In this document: piece by piece, positions 10,638-23,167 of the stretch
Layout: each line of letters starts with the position of its first letter
Position numbering within the stretch: the first letter of the stretch is position 1
Assembly (NCBI GenBank): GCA_038087875.1
Contig: JAXLNO010000831.1
Span: 62,001 to 126,000, forward strand
DNA: 64,000 nucleotides
Source: Malacoraja senta
Taxonomy: Eukaryota
Direction of reading: 5' to 3'
Made by a program: the position numbers and the translations under genes
Notes under the pieces: model-generated
Told to the model about the DNA's origin: nothing
The model's input: the letters and a program-made list of their open reading frames with translations, nothing else
Databases searched by the model: none

Positions 10638-13600
10638 GCAGTGATGCAGTTGAACAAAGGGGACTATGAAGGCATGAGAGGGGAGTTGGCCAAAGTAGAC
10701 TGGAAAGGGATCCTAGCAGGAATGAAGGTGGAACAGCAATGGCAGGAATTTCCGGGCATTTCTGAGACGCAGGATCATTTCATTCCAAAAAGGGTGAAAG
10801 ATTCTAAGGGGAGTAGGAGGCAACCGTGGCTGACAAGAGAAGTTAGGGATAGAATAAAACTAAAAGAAAAGATGTATAACACAGCAAAGATTAGCCGGAA
10901 GCCAGAGGATTGGGAAACTTTCATAGGACAACAGAAGGAAATAAAACGGGCAATACGGGCTGAAAAGATGAAGTACGAGGGGAAGCTGGCCAGGAATATA
11001 AAGAAGGACATTAAAAGCTTCTTTAGATATGTTAAGGGAAAAAGCGTAGCAAAGTCAAATGTGGGTCCCTTGAAGGCAGACACGGGTGAAATTATTATGT
11101 GCAACAAGGAAATGGCAGAAGAGTTGAATATGTACTTCGGATCTGTCTTCACTAAGGAAGACACAAACAATCACCCAGGTGTACTGGAGGACAGAGGATC
11201 TAAGGGTGTAGAGGAACTGAAATAAATTTTCATTAGGCGAGAAATAGTATTGGGTAGGCTAATGGGACTGAAGGATGATATATCCCCTGGGCCTGATGGT
11301 CTGCATCCCTGGGTCCTCAGGGAGGTGGCTCTAGAAATAGTGGATGCATTGGTGATCATTTTCCAATGTTCAATAGATTCAGGATCAGTTCCTGTGGATT
11401 GGAGGATAGCTAATGTTATCCCACTTTTCAAGAAAGGAGCGAGAGAGAAAACGGGGAATTACAGACCAGTTAGCCTGACTTCTGTGGTGGGAAAGATGCT
11501 GCAGTCAATTATTAAAGAGGTAATAATGGGGCATTTGGATAGCGGTAAAAGGATTAGTCCAAGTCAACATGGATTTATGAAAGGGAAATCGTGCTTGACT
11601 AATCTTCTGGAATTTTTTGAGGATGTGACAAGTAAAATGGATGAAGGGGTGCCAGTGGATATAGTGTATCTAGACTTTCAGAAAGCCTTTGATAAGGTCC
11701 CGCATGGGAGACTAGTGACTAAAATTAGAGCACATGGTATTGGGGTAGGGTGTTGATATGGATAGAAAATTGGTTGGCAGACCGGAAGCAAAGAGTAGGA
11801 GTGAACTGGTCCTTTTCAGAATGGCAGGCAGTGGCGAGTGGAGTGCCGCAAGGCTTGGTGTTGGGGCCGCAACTGTTTACCATATATATTAATGATTTGG
11901 AAGAGAGAATTAGGAGCAACACTAGCGAGTTTGTGGATGACACAAAGCTGGGTGGCAGTGTGAACTGTGAAGAGGATGTTAGGAGGTTGCAGGATGACCT
12001 GGACAGGTTGAGTGAGTGGGCAGATGCGTGGCAGATGCAGTATAATATAGATAAATGTGAGTTTATCCACTTCGGCGGTAAAAACAAGGGGGCAGATTAT
12101 TATCTCAATGGGATTAGGTTAGGTAAGGGGGAGGTACAGCGAGACCTGGGTGTCCTTGTCACTGAAAGTTGGCGTGCAGGTACAGCAGGCAGTGAAGAAA
12201 GCTAATTCAATGTTGGCCTTCATAACAAGAGGATTTCAGTATAGGAGTAAAGAGGTTCTTCTGCAGTTGTATAGGGCTCTGGTGAGACCACATCTGGAGT
12301 ATTGTGTACAGTTTTGGTCTCCTAATTTGAGGAAGGACATCCTTGTGATTGAGGCAGTGCAGCGTAGGTTCACGAGATTGATCCCTGGGATGGCGGGACT
12401 GTCATATCAGGAAAGATTGAAAAGACTAGGCTTGTATTCACTGGAGTTTAGAAGGATGAGTGGGAATCTTATAGAAACATATAAAATTATAAAAGGACTG
12501 GACAAGCTAGATGCAGGAAATTTTCCCCAATGTTGGGCAAGTCCAGAACCAGGGGCCACAGTCTTAGAATAAAGGGGAGGTCATTTAAGACTGAAGTGAG
12601 AAAAAACATTTTCACCCAGAGAGTTGTGAATTTATGGAATTCCCTGTCACAGAGGGCAGTGGAGGCCAAATCACTGGATGGATTTAAAAAAGAGTTAGAT
12701 AGAGCTCTAGGGGCTAGTGGAATCAAGGGATACGGGGAGAAGGCAGGCACGGGTTATTGATAGGGAACGATCAGCCATGATCACAATGAATGGCGGTGCT
12801 GGCTCTAAGCGCCGAATCGCATTCTCCTGCACCTATTTTCTATGTTTCAGACGTCTCGACCCGAAATGTCATCCATCCCCCCTCCCCCCAGAGATGCTGC
12901 CTGTCTCGCTGATGTCTATCTGCGGTGCAAACCAGCATCTGCAGTTCCTTCCTACACATAAGGTTATGATATTCTGACTGGTCCATTCAGAGTAAACAAG
13001 GTAACCATCTTTCCTGCACAAAGTTGGAAATGTAATTCAAGGGTTCACTGCCTGAATGGTTGTTGGAAGCAGAACTCACATTTACTGGGCACCTGGACCA
13101 GCAGTAGAAGAGGCTGTGAGTGAGATTCACCTGGCCTCCCAGCACGTAAAACAGAAGGTGGGAACTATAGGTCAATTGACAGGTACATGGATAGGACAGG
13201 TTTGGAGGAATATGGACCAAACGCAGGCAGGTGGGAACAGTGTAGCTGGGACATGTTGGTGGGTTTGGGCGAGTTGGGCCGAAGGGTCTGTTTCCACATT
13301 GTATCACTCTATGATTCTAATTCATCCAATACTCATAGTACACAAGAGGAAATAACTAATCATTTGGTAAGCTGCATCTAATCAAATGTAGCCGACATGG
13401 TTTATTGAAAATCATGTGTGACAAAACTTGACAGGATGTGATAGGGAGTTGATAAGGGAAACCTGTAAATGTAGGAGGAAGGAACTGCAAATGCTGGTTT
13501 AAACCAAAGATAGACACAATAAGCTGGTGTAACTTAGCGGCTCAGATAGCATCTCTGGAAAAAGGACTTTTCTACTTGTTTTCTCCAGAGATGCTGTCTG

Positions 13601-14399
13601 ACCCGCTGAGTTACTCCAGCTTTTTGTGTCTATCTCCTGTAAATATAGTGTGTATTTAGATCTCCAAAATGCATTTGCCACATATGAGGGCAAATGTGCT
13701 AACATGGACTGAAAGGTGGCAGTCATATAGAAAAACAAGTTAGAATAAATGCGTGAAAACTGCAGATGGAATAGATCTGAAAAACAAAATGCTGGGAGCA
13801 CTCGGGTCAGGCTGCATCTGTAGCCAGAGAAACAGAATTCATGTTTCAAGTCAAAGACCCTTCGTCACAACTGGGGAGGTGACAAAAGAAACTTGTAAAG
13901 CTGCACAGGTGGGTGGATGGCTCTGATAGTGTCAAACCAGGTGACCATGGGGATAAGCTGCACACAAAGTTATCTGGTCAAGGAGTGAATAGGAGCGGTT
14001 AGGTTCTATATAAGGAAAATAGGCAAAGATCGTAGCAGTTGCAAAATGCAGAGCAAGAAGACATGTCTAGGAAGGAATGGCAGATGCTGGTTTAAACCGA
14101 AGATAGACAACGGGACAGGCTGCATCTCTGGAGAGAAGGAATGGATGACGTTTCAGGTGGAGACGCTGTTCAGACAAGACATGTCTGGCAGGTCAGCATG
14201 GACATGCCCTCCACTTTTGGATAGAGATTTAAAAAACAAGCCAACCCAATTATCACAAATGGACAACTGATACTAACAGAGGAATCAAGTTACCAAGATT
14301 ATCAAATTCCATTCAAGCCCAGAGGACTGCCATGAGCCCAAATGGAAGGTGAGATGCCATTCCTCAAGATTGCTTTGAGCCTCATTGCAACAGTGCAGG

Positions 14400-14570
14400 A
14401 AGTCACAGACTGTTCATTCACTCCCACATCCAAGAGTCAGAATGAGATAACATGAAGCTCAGGAGTTCCCCATGGATCCAACACAGGTGATCCGCAAAGT
14501 GGAAACCTAACGCCCGTTTGGTTTCTCCAATGTAGAGGAGACCACATCGTGAACACAGGGAAAGGAGCAG
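14400..14570 (-). mobile_element. Penelope-like element GIY-YIG fragment
   Basis: CSRCGLLYIGETKR in ORF 14418-14696. Confidence 0.75.
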
Positions 14571-14778
14571 AGGGGGGAAAGGAGAGACAGTGAGAGAAAG
14601 GGAAGAACACGGTAGAGAGGGAGGGGGAGAGTGGGAGTTGAGTGTTAAAGAAGGAGAGGGAAGAGGGCAAGATACTTTCCACACTTTCCTCTTCACCTCA
14701 ATCTCATCATCTCCAAGGCAAGTTTTGCTAAGTTTTGGCCTTTTACAGTTAAATAAAAAACTATTTGGGAAAACTTAC

Positions 14779-14934
14779 ATCAGTCATATTTTAATTCTGT
14801 TTTCCAGAGCTTGCATGTTGGAGTCCATGTCCTTCTGTGCTGCACGTGCAGCCTGCAGCTCCAGCCGTGTCTGGCTGAGCTGCTCCTCCAGCAGCACCAG
14901 TGCAGTCAGTAGCCGTTTCTGTTCATCTGTCAAC
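14779..14934 (-). pseudogene. Coiled-coil exon, probably same SUN-like gene; TGA at 14784-14786
   Basis: ttatag| acceptor, GAT|GTAAGT donor; LTDEQKRLLTALVLLEEQLSQTRLELQAARAAQKDMDSNMQALENRIK heptad pattern; one missing A in an A-run would remove the stop. Confidence 0.5.
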
Positions 14935-15667
14935 CTATAATAATAATAATCAATATAATTTTATTAGCCAAGTATGCATACATACAAGAACTTGCCTTGA
15001 TGCTTTGCTTGCAAGGATAAAAACATGATATACAGTAGACAATTAAAAATAAAACATTATAATTTAAACATGTGCAAATAAAGTACCAGAGTAAAAAGAG
15101 GCTACAGATTTTTGGCTGTTGAGTCGAGCTACTGCTTGTGGAAAAATACTGTTTTTATGTCTGGCTGTGGCCCAGACCAAATCTGTCCTATACAGGACAA
15201 AGCAAGTCATCAGGGTGCAGGAGCAGAGGCAGCACGGTGGTGCAGAGTAGAGCTACGGCCTTACAGCGCCAGAGACCCGGGTTCAATCCTGACTACCGGT
15301 GTAAGGGTGATCGTTGGTCTGCACGGACTCGGTGGGCCGAAGGGCGTGTTTCCACGCTGTACCTCTAAACTAAAAACAACGTTGATCTGTTTCACGCAGC
15401 AACTGACGAAGCCCCCCTCCCCAGGTCTACTGCTACTCCACTCATGGCTGGAAACACACAGCATCAGCATTATACTGCACACAGCTCAGCCACAGGCAAA
15501 CCTGCTGCCGTGCCACACCCCAGGGGCATCTTGATGCATCTGCAGATACTGTGGCCGACAACATCAACACCAAAACATTTGTGGCGTGATGACACTGATA
15601 TGATGCCGGCAGTCACCGAAAAAATTGCCAAGTGGGACAGGGCCTTAAATGAGTTATTTATCTCTAT

Positions 15668-15762
15668 CGTTGTGAGCAGTTGATGCAGTCTGGAAACTGC
15701 CGCAGCGCAGCTCTGCACCTTTCCACAGCAGATTCCATTTCCTTCACCTTCTGCAACAACAT
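15668..15762 (-). pseudogene. Candidate upstream coiled-coil exon of the SUN-like gene with possible dead donor (AT for GT)
   Basis: ttcctag| then MLLQKVKEMESAVERCRAALRQFPDCINCSQ CG|ATAGAG; a phase-2 break here would join in frame to the 14934 exon. Confidence 0.35.
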
Positions 15763-16374
15763 CTAGGAATAGAAATTTAAACAAAGTTTATTTCAAGTTG
15801 GGAGGCTTTTTAATTCTACTCGCAGCTACTTATTTCACAACATACACGTCAAATTTATAAATATGTAATGCAGAAAAGTCACTTTTCCATACTTCATATT
15901 TCCTTATGACATAGGCCATTTCAGCCCATCAAATCAATGCCAGCTCTCAGAGAATCCCAGTCCTTCACAAATTCTCCTTGAAACTAGTTCCTCACAAATT
16001 CCCATCAATTGTCCGCAGAATCCACCATTCAATTGAAAGCAAACTTCACTGAACTTTAGCAGCTTAACACCCAGAGGATGGGAAATGCAGGGAATTCTCT
16101 GCCCAAGTGGCTACGGAGACCAGACTTGAGACCAGTTCAAGACCGAGATGACTGGCCTTAATATTACGGAATTGAGAGTATGGCCTTAAATGGTGCCGAA
16201 ACGGGTCTGACTGAAAGGCAGAGCAGCTGAGGGGCAGCATGGTGGTGCAGCGGTGGAGTTGCTGCCTCATAGCACCAGAGGCCCAGGTTCGATCCCGACT
16301 ACGGGTGCTATCTGTACGGTGTTTGTACATTCTCCCCGTGACCTGAGTGGACGTTCTCCAGGTGCTCCGGCTTT

Positions 16375-16735
16375 GGTATGGAAACGCTAAAGCCGCCTTT
16401 GGTTTGAAAATGCTAAAGCTGCCTTTGGTTTGAAAACGCTAAAGCCGCCTTTGGTTTGAAAATGCTAAAGCTGCCTTTGGTTTGAAAACGCTAAAGCCGC
16501 CTTTGGTTTGAAAACAGCTAAAGCTGTCTCGTTTGAAAACGCTAATGTTGCCTATGGTTTGAAAATGCTAAAGTTGCATAAGGTTTGAAAACGCTATGTA
16601 GACAAAAGTGCTGGAGAAACTCAGCAGGTGCAGCAGCATCTATGGAGCGAAGGAAATGGGCAACTTTCCAAAACGCTATCGTTGCCTAAGGTTTGAAAAC
16701 GCTAAAGTTGCCTCTGGTTTCGAAACGCTAAACCC
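16375..16735. repeat. 26-bp minisatellite GAAAA(C/T)GCTAAAG(C)(C/T)GCCTTTGGTTT, interrupted, resuming at about 17343-17378
   Basis: Period 26 (units at 16385, 16411, 16437); alternating variants in the first five units. Confidence 0.92.
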
Positions 16736-16739
16736 TTTT

Positions 16740-17341
16740 CTATTACTGGGCGACTAATATCAAAAACTTAATCTACTGGATGGATGACACATGCCAACAG
16801 GTAAACTGGTTAAAAATGGAGAGGGAAGATTGTTTGCCTTTTAATATACGCGCAATTCTTCTTTCTCCAACACATCTGAATAAATCAATGTATGAGCAAA
16901 ATCCGATAATACACAGTACCCTACGCATTTGGAAACAGTTGAAATCAAACCTCAAACTGAGAAATTTCTCTCTCCTTTTACCAATTGCTAATAAACCCTC
17001 GTTTAAACCGTCTACTTTAGATAAGGCGTTTGCACAATGGAAAAACTCAGGAATTAAAACAGTGGGAGATCTTTACGAGAAGGGGATTTTCCTCTCGTTT
17101 CAAGAATTACAGGAGAAATATCACTTGAAAGCAAGTAATTCTTTCAGATATCTTCTTTGGTAGCTTAGGGTCTATTTTCTAGCTTGTTCTTATTTTACTT
17201 CTCTTTCGTCATTCTTTTCTTTTTTTCCGATTTAGGTTCTAACGTTAAAAATGAAGCTGTACAATAATTGTATAAGTGTTATGTCGATCGCCTTATCCTT
17301 GTACAATCGCTTCTAATAAAAGAAATTCAAAAATAAAAAAC
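16740..17341 (+). mobile_element. Older L1 3' fragment with internal deletion, inserted in the minisatellite
   Basis: ORF 16780-17163 is similar to the C-terminal region of the 39440 L1 ORF2; A-rich tail. Confidence 0.8.
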
Positions 17342-17389
17342 CCCGCTAAAGCTGCCTTTGGTTTCAAAACGCTAAAGTCAATAGCCAAT

Positions 17390-18320
17390 AGACAAGAGAC
17401 AATAGGTGCAGGAGTAGGCCATTTGGCCCTTCGAGCCAGCACCGCCATTCTATATGATCATGGCTGATCATCCCCAATCAGTACACCGTTCCTGCCTTCT
17501 CCCCATATCCCCTGACTCCGCTATCTTTAAACCCTATCTAGCTCTCTCTTGAAAGTATCCAGAGAACCTGCCTCCACCGCCCTCTGAGTCAGAGAATTCC
17601 ACAGGCTCACCACTCTGTGAGAAATAGTGTTTCCTCGTCTCCGTTCAAATGGCTAACTCCTTATTCTTAAACTGTGGCTTCTGGACTCCCCCAACATCGG
17701 GAACATGTTTCCTGCCTCTAGCATGTCCAAGCCCTTAACAATCTTATATGTTTCAATGAGATGCCCTCTCATCCTTCTAAACTCCAGAGTGTACAAGCCC
17801 AGCTGCTCCATTCTCTCAGCATATGACAGTCCCGCCATCCCGGGAATTAACCTTGTAAACCAACGCTGCACTCCCTCAATAGCAAGAATGTCCTTCCTCA
17901 AATTAGGGGACCAAAACTGCACACAATACTCCAGGTGTGGTCTCACTAGGGCTCTGTACAACTGCAGAAGGACCTCTTTGCTCCTATATTCGATTCCTCT
18001 TGTTATAAAGGCCAACATGCCATTCGCTTTCTTCACTGCCTGCTGTACCTGCAAACTTACTTTCATAGACTGATGTACAAGGACCCCCCAGATCCCGTTG
18101 TACTTCCTTTTCCCAACTTGACGCCATTTAGATAGTAATCTGCTTTCCTGTTTTTGCTACCAAAGTGGGTAACCTCACATTTATCCGCATTAAACTTCAT
18201 CTGCCATGCATCTGCCCACTCCCCCAACCTGTCCAAGTCACCCTGCATTCTCATAGCATCCTCCTCACAGTTCACACTGCCACCCATCTTTGTGTCATCT
18301 GCAAATTTGCTAATGTTAGA
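17390..18320 (-). mobile_element. CR1 LINE 3' fragment
   Basis: FADDTK, KCEV, LVRPHLEYCVQFW motifs on the minus strand. Confidence 0.92.
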
Positions 18321-18790
18321 AACATAGAAACATAGAAAATAGGTACAGGAGGAGGCCATTCGGCCCTTCGAGCCAGCACCGCCATTCATTGTGATCATGT
18401 CCCCTATCAATAACCTGTGCCTGCCTTCTCCCTGTATCCCTTGACTCCACTAGCCCCTAGAGCTCTATCTAACTCTCTCTTAAATCCATCTAGTGACTTG
18501 GCCTCCACTGCCCTCTGTGGCAGGGAATTCCATAAATTCACAACTCTCTAGGTGAAAACTTTTTTCTCACCTCAGTCTTAAATGACCTCCCCTTTATTCT
18601 AAGACTGTGGCCCCTGTTTCTGGACTCGCCCAACATTGGGAACATTTTTCCTGCATCTAGCTTGTCCAGTCCTTTTATAATTTTATATGTTTCTATAAGT
18701 TGCCCCCTCATCCTTCTAAACTCTAGTGAATACAAGCCTAGTCTTTTAAATCTTTCCTCATATGACAATCCCGCCATCCCTGGGATCAAT

Positions 18791-19580
18791 GATACAATTT
18801 ATTTGTTGTCATTTGAACCTCATTGAGGTTCAAACGAAATTTGGTTTCTGCAGTCATACAAACAAGTAGAAGAACCAAGACACAACACAATTTACACAAA
18901 CATCCATCACAGCGAATCTCCTCCTTGCTGTGATGGAAGGCAAAGTCTTATCTCTCCCCTGCACTCCCCATTCACCTCCCGATGTCAGAGTCAAAGTCAA
19001 AGCCCCCGGCGGGCGATGCTAAATAAGTCCCGCGGCCATTAAAGCCGCGCCGGGCGATGCAAGGCCATGCTCCGGGTCTTGATGTTGGAGCCCCCGGCGG
19101 GCGCAGGCAAGTCCCACGGCCATTAAAGCCGCGCCGGGCAATGTAAGGCCCTGCTCCAGGTCATCCTCAACCCCGCAACTCTGGCGGGAGAAGTCGCCAT
19201 TGCGGAAGCTCCGAAAAACGGTCTCCCACCAGGGACCCGCGAGCTCCCGATGTTACCGTCCACCGGGCCGGCGGCTGGAGCCTCCGAATCTCTGGGGTCG
19301 GGCCGCAGCAGCGCGCCACCACAGCTCCTCCCGTTCCGAACTCGGCCAGTTCCACGATGGTGAGTAGTCCGCAGGCTCCGCGACTGGAGCCCAAGGTCGT
19401 TCCGGTTGAAGCCGCTCCACAGTGCTAGGCCCCAACGACAACGGAGACGAGACAGAGAAAAGGTTGGGTCTCCCGTACAGGGAAAAGATTTTAAAAGTTT
19501 CCCCACCCCCCGCCCCCCACACACATACCCAGTGAATTTTTTTTTTAAAAACCCACTATACCTACACTCAAACGACTACA
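18791..19580 (-). mobile_element. GC-rich non-coding retroelement (LINE 3'UTR-like); related copy at about 48050-48590
   Basis: Splits CR1 at GGGATCAAT|CTCTTGAACC; shares gtcagagtcaaagtcaaagcccccggcgggcg with 48234. Confidence 0.6.
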
Positions 19581-20120
19581 CTCTTGAACCTACGCTGCAC
19601 TGCCTCAATCACAAGGATGTCCTTCCTCAAATTAGGAGACCAAAACTGTACACAATACTCCAGATGTGGTCTCACCAGAGCCCTATACAACTGCAGAAGA
19701 ACCTCTCTACTCCTATACTGAAATCCTCTTGTTATGAAGGCCAACATTCCATTAGTTTTCTTCACTGCCTGCTGTACCTGTAAGCCAACTTTCAGTGACC
19801 GGTGTACAATGACGCCCAGGTCTCGCTGCACCTCCCCCTTACCTAACCTAACCCCATTGAGATAATAATCTGCCCCCTTGTTTTTGCTGCCAAAGTGTAT
19901 AACCTCACATTTATCTATATTATACTGCATCTGCCACGCATCTGCCCACTCACTCAACCTGTCTAGGTCACCCTGCAACCTCCTAACATCCTCTTCACAG
20001 TTCACACTGCCACCCAGCTATGTGTCATCCGCAAACTTGCTAGTGTTGCTCCTAATTCCCTCTTCCAAATCATTAATATATATGGTAAACAATTGTGGCC
20101 CCAACACCAAGCCTTGCGGC

Positions 20121-23100
20121 CAGTGGCGGACTGGCCAGGGTGTCAGCTTGCCCGATGGCAAGTGGGCCCCTGATGAAGTGGGCCCTCCCCCTATATCAAA
20201 TAAAAATGCAATAAAGAAACAAACAGACAACTGTTTTAGTAATAAAAAGGAATAAGATGTATCTGGCAGCTAGAATTACACTGAAAGTTTAATTTTTAAA
20301 AATATCCACGGTATCAACAGGGACGAACTACTTTTGAGTTAAAATGAGTCACAAAAATTTACATTCATTCAATCTCACAGGACTTATCTTATAATAATTA
20401 CTTACAATATTCTCAGATTTTACCGCTCCAGTGTGATTTTTAATTCTTTGATAAGGTTCTCCCAATACTTAAAAGGCAACAAATAATAATATACTCCCAA
20501 AAAATTTTGGTTGGCAAGTGAGAAAATGTTGTATCAAAGATTTGTCCGTATTTTTGTCACACACACTTGAAAAGCCTCAGCCTGACCCCCGCCCCCCCGC
20601 TCTTATTGAAGAGATTGTTTTAATTTTGAGTTTTTGTATATGTATAAAAGATCATTGTTGCATATAACATCTTGTTGCATCATTCACCAGGCGGCCAGAC
20701 GTGGCGTGGCTCCTTTACCATTCTTTTTATATAGTTTTTCAAGTTTCGTTACAAAAAAAATATCGATAAACAATATCCAAATTCAGCTACATGAGAGTTC
20801 AAATTTAGATATTAGAAAAACATAATTGTTACACCAGGGTAGGCTACAGTTATCCATAGTAATTATCTGGTTATCAGTGACTGCATTGAAAATATTATAT
20901 GAAAAGTTAATGAAGCCTGTTCTTCAGCATATGTGCTTAAACATAAGTTATTGTTAAAGCTATGTGAGAGGTATTATCAATATTCAGGATTTTTTCATAT
21001 ATATATTCTTGTGAATCATTGTTCTCAGTGATGAACTTTAAGTATCGTAATAGTAGTAGCCTTACGGATGAAACTAGTAGTGCTTGCATATCTCTCAAGG
21101 TTAACAAATATAAACCGGATATAAAATATTTGTCATCAGCAATGCAGCAGAAGTCTCATTGATGCTAAATGTATAAAACGTCCACAATTATTATTGGGTA
21201 TGTGCTTAAAGGTATTATCTGTGAGCGACTACTTTCAGTTGTGCCAAGTAATGATGGTACAGGACAGGGACTTTTTGATCTATTGATTGAAACATGACAG
21301 CATCTTAAAATTGACCCCCAAAAATGTTTATCCGATAGCACAGATGGCGCTGCAAGCTAATATGGCCAGTATAATGGTTTACAAAGTAAAATTGCTGATG
21401 TGGCTGATCAACATGTTCATATACAATACAATACAATACGGTTTTATTCGTCACATTGCACATAAAGTGCAAGTGAAATGGTGCTATGCCCATGTCTTGA
21501 ATTTGGTGATAACTGAAACAACTAAATGTTGTGAGCCTGCAGTTTCTTTTTTCAATTTGCTCCAGAATAGAGCAAATTTTGTGAAAGCATCATACAAGAG
21601 AATGGCTGTATGGATAGAAGTTGTTGGAAAACATCTAGGACAAGAAAAAATGAAACGATTAAAGCTAATTGGTGAGACCAGATGGTCAGGAAAATCCAAT
21701 GCAGCAACAACTATATTTGGACGTTTTGATGATGCCGCTGCCAGTACTTTCGTAAATCTATTGACATGATTATCAATGATACAAGATTCAGAAAAGTTTG
21801 ATGCAAAAACAAAACATGAAGCAAATGTTTTACTTCAAAGTCTTCTAAAGTTTGAAACCATATTGACAGCATTTCTTTACTTGTATATATTTGAAACTAC
21901 AACCCCGTTATCAAGTTATCTACAGACAAGTGGGTTAGATATGTTTACTGCATGGAGTTTGGTAGATTCAGCTACAACAAAGTTGAAGGAACAGACAAGA
22001 ACATTTAATAACGTTCACAGCAAGGCTTTGGAATTTGTAAAGAAATGTAATGACAGGATTTCACAGATGAATATGGATGAAAATCAAACATTGGAAATTG
22101 ATGCGTTGGAAACAGCATTGCTAGTTAAGAGGCAGAGGAAGAAGAAAAGAATGGCAGATGAGCTTATTGATGATGAAAGAAATTCCTCAGATTCTCTAGC
22201 TGATTTTTGAGTAAATGTGTTTAACCCAATAATGGATCGCATTGTCCAGTCACTAGAATCACGCTTTGTACAACACAAACAGTTGTATAAAGATTTGTCC
22301 TGCTTGGACCCAGCAAAGTTTAAAACTATTGCAGAGAAGGGCCTTGAAGATGAAGCATTGGAAGGTATTATTAAGCTGTTTCCACAAATCAGCAAAGATC
22401 AAGTAATATTGGAATTGTTTTCTTTTGCTTCAAACTTTGATGTATTAAAGCTATTGCTTAATGATGGTGAGAATATGGATTCCAGTTGCAACAATTGTAC
22501 AATTTGCAGCACTTGCCCATCGTGTGTACTATAAATTCTGGCATCCAACAGACTTCATGACAAGGCATATGATAACCTTCATCAACTTTATAAAGTCATC
22601 TGCACACTATCAGTTACTCAAGTCCAATGTGAGAGGACATTTTCAAAGCTAAAGATCATAAAGACAAGGTTAAGAAATTCGCTGTCTGAGGAGAATTTGG
22701 AATCATACATGTTGCTAACCATTGAAAAGGAATTGTTAGATGAATTGGATGCAGAAGCAATTATTGGCAGATTCGCACAATCATCTAGCGAACACAAACG
22801 ATTGCTCTTAATATAGTGGACTGCATGCAATGCTCTATTGTGCTTTTGAACTATCTGTTAATGTGTAAATTGTGCAGTAAACTATTTAAAAATATCAACC
22901 AATTACTTAAAATTTTAAAAAAAAATCAATTATAACATTCTGTATTTACATTCGGTATCTACTGCCAGTAATATGTACAGTACATGTACACTGTAATTAC
23001 TAAGAACCATTTTTTTTCACAAATATTTTAAATTGTACCCTTTTCTCCATATGTATTTTTTGAAAATTTTATTTATTCGTTATGAAAATTAAATGATAGC

Positions 23101-23167
23101 ATTGTAGTTGTGGGTGGGCTCCCTTTGTCTCCTGGCAACCAATATTTTTAGACCCAGTCCGCCACTG
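20121..23167 (+). mobile_element. hAT DNA transposon with decayed ZMYM1/Tip100-type transposase
   Basis: 14-bp TIR CAGTGGCGGACTGG, 8-bp TSD CTTGCGGC; CYAHVLNL, GETRWS and C-terminal dimerization motif (CERTFSKLKIIKTRLRNSL) in broken frames. Confidence 0.95.

Larger units (their letters stand above)
5090..12848 (+). mobile_element. CR1-clade LINE ORF2 (APE + RT) and 3' UTR, interrupted by a Rex-like fragment and a Gypsy
   Basis: YMNARSI, TETWL, GDFN, SDHN, YRPVSLTSVVGK, LDFQKAFD, GVPQG, FVDDT motifs; several frameshifts; CR1 tail ttctatgt. Confidence 0.95.

Noticed and set aside
16375-16735. CRISPR-like array
   Set aside because: Units are contiguous with no unique spacers; eukaryotic context, no cas genes.
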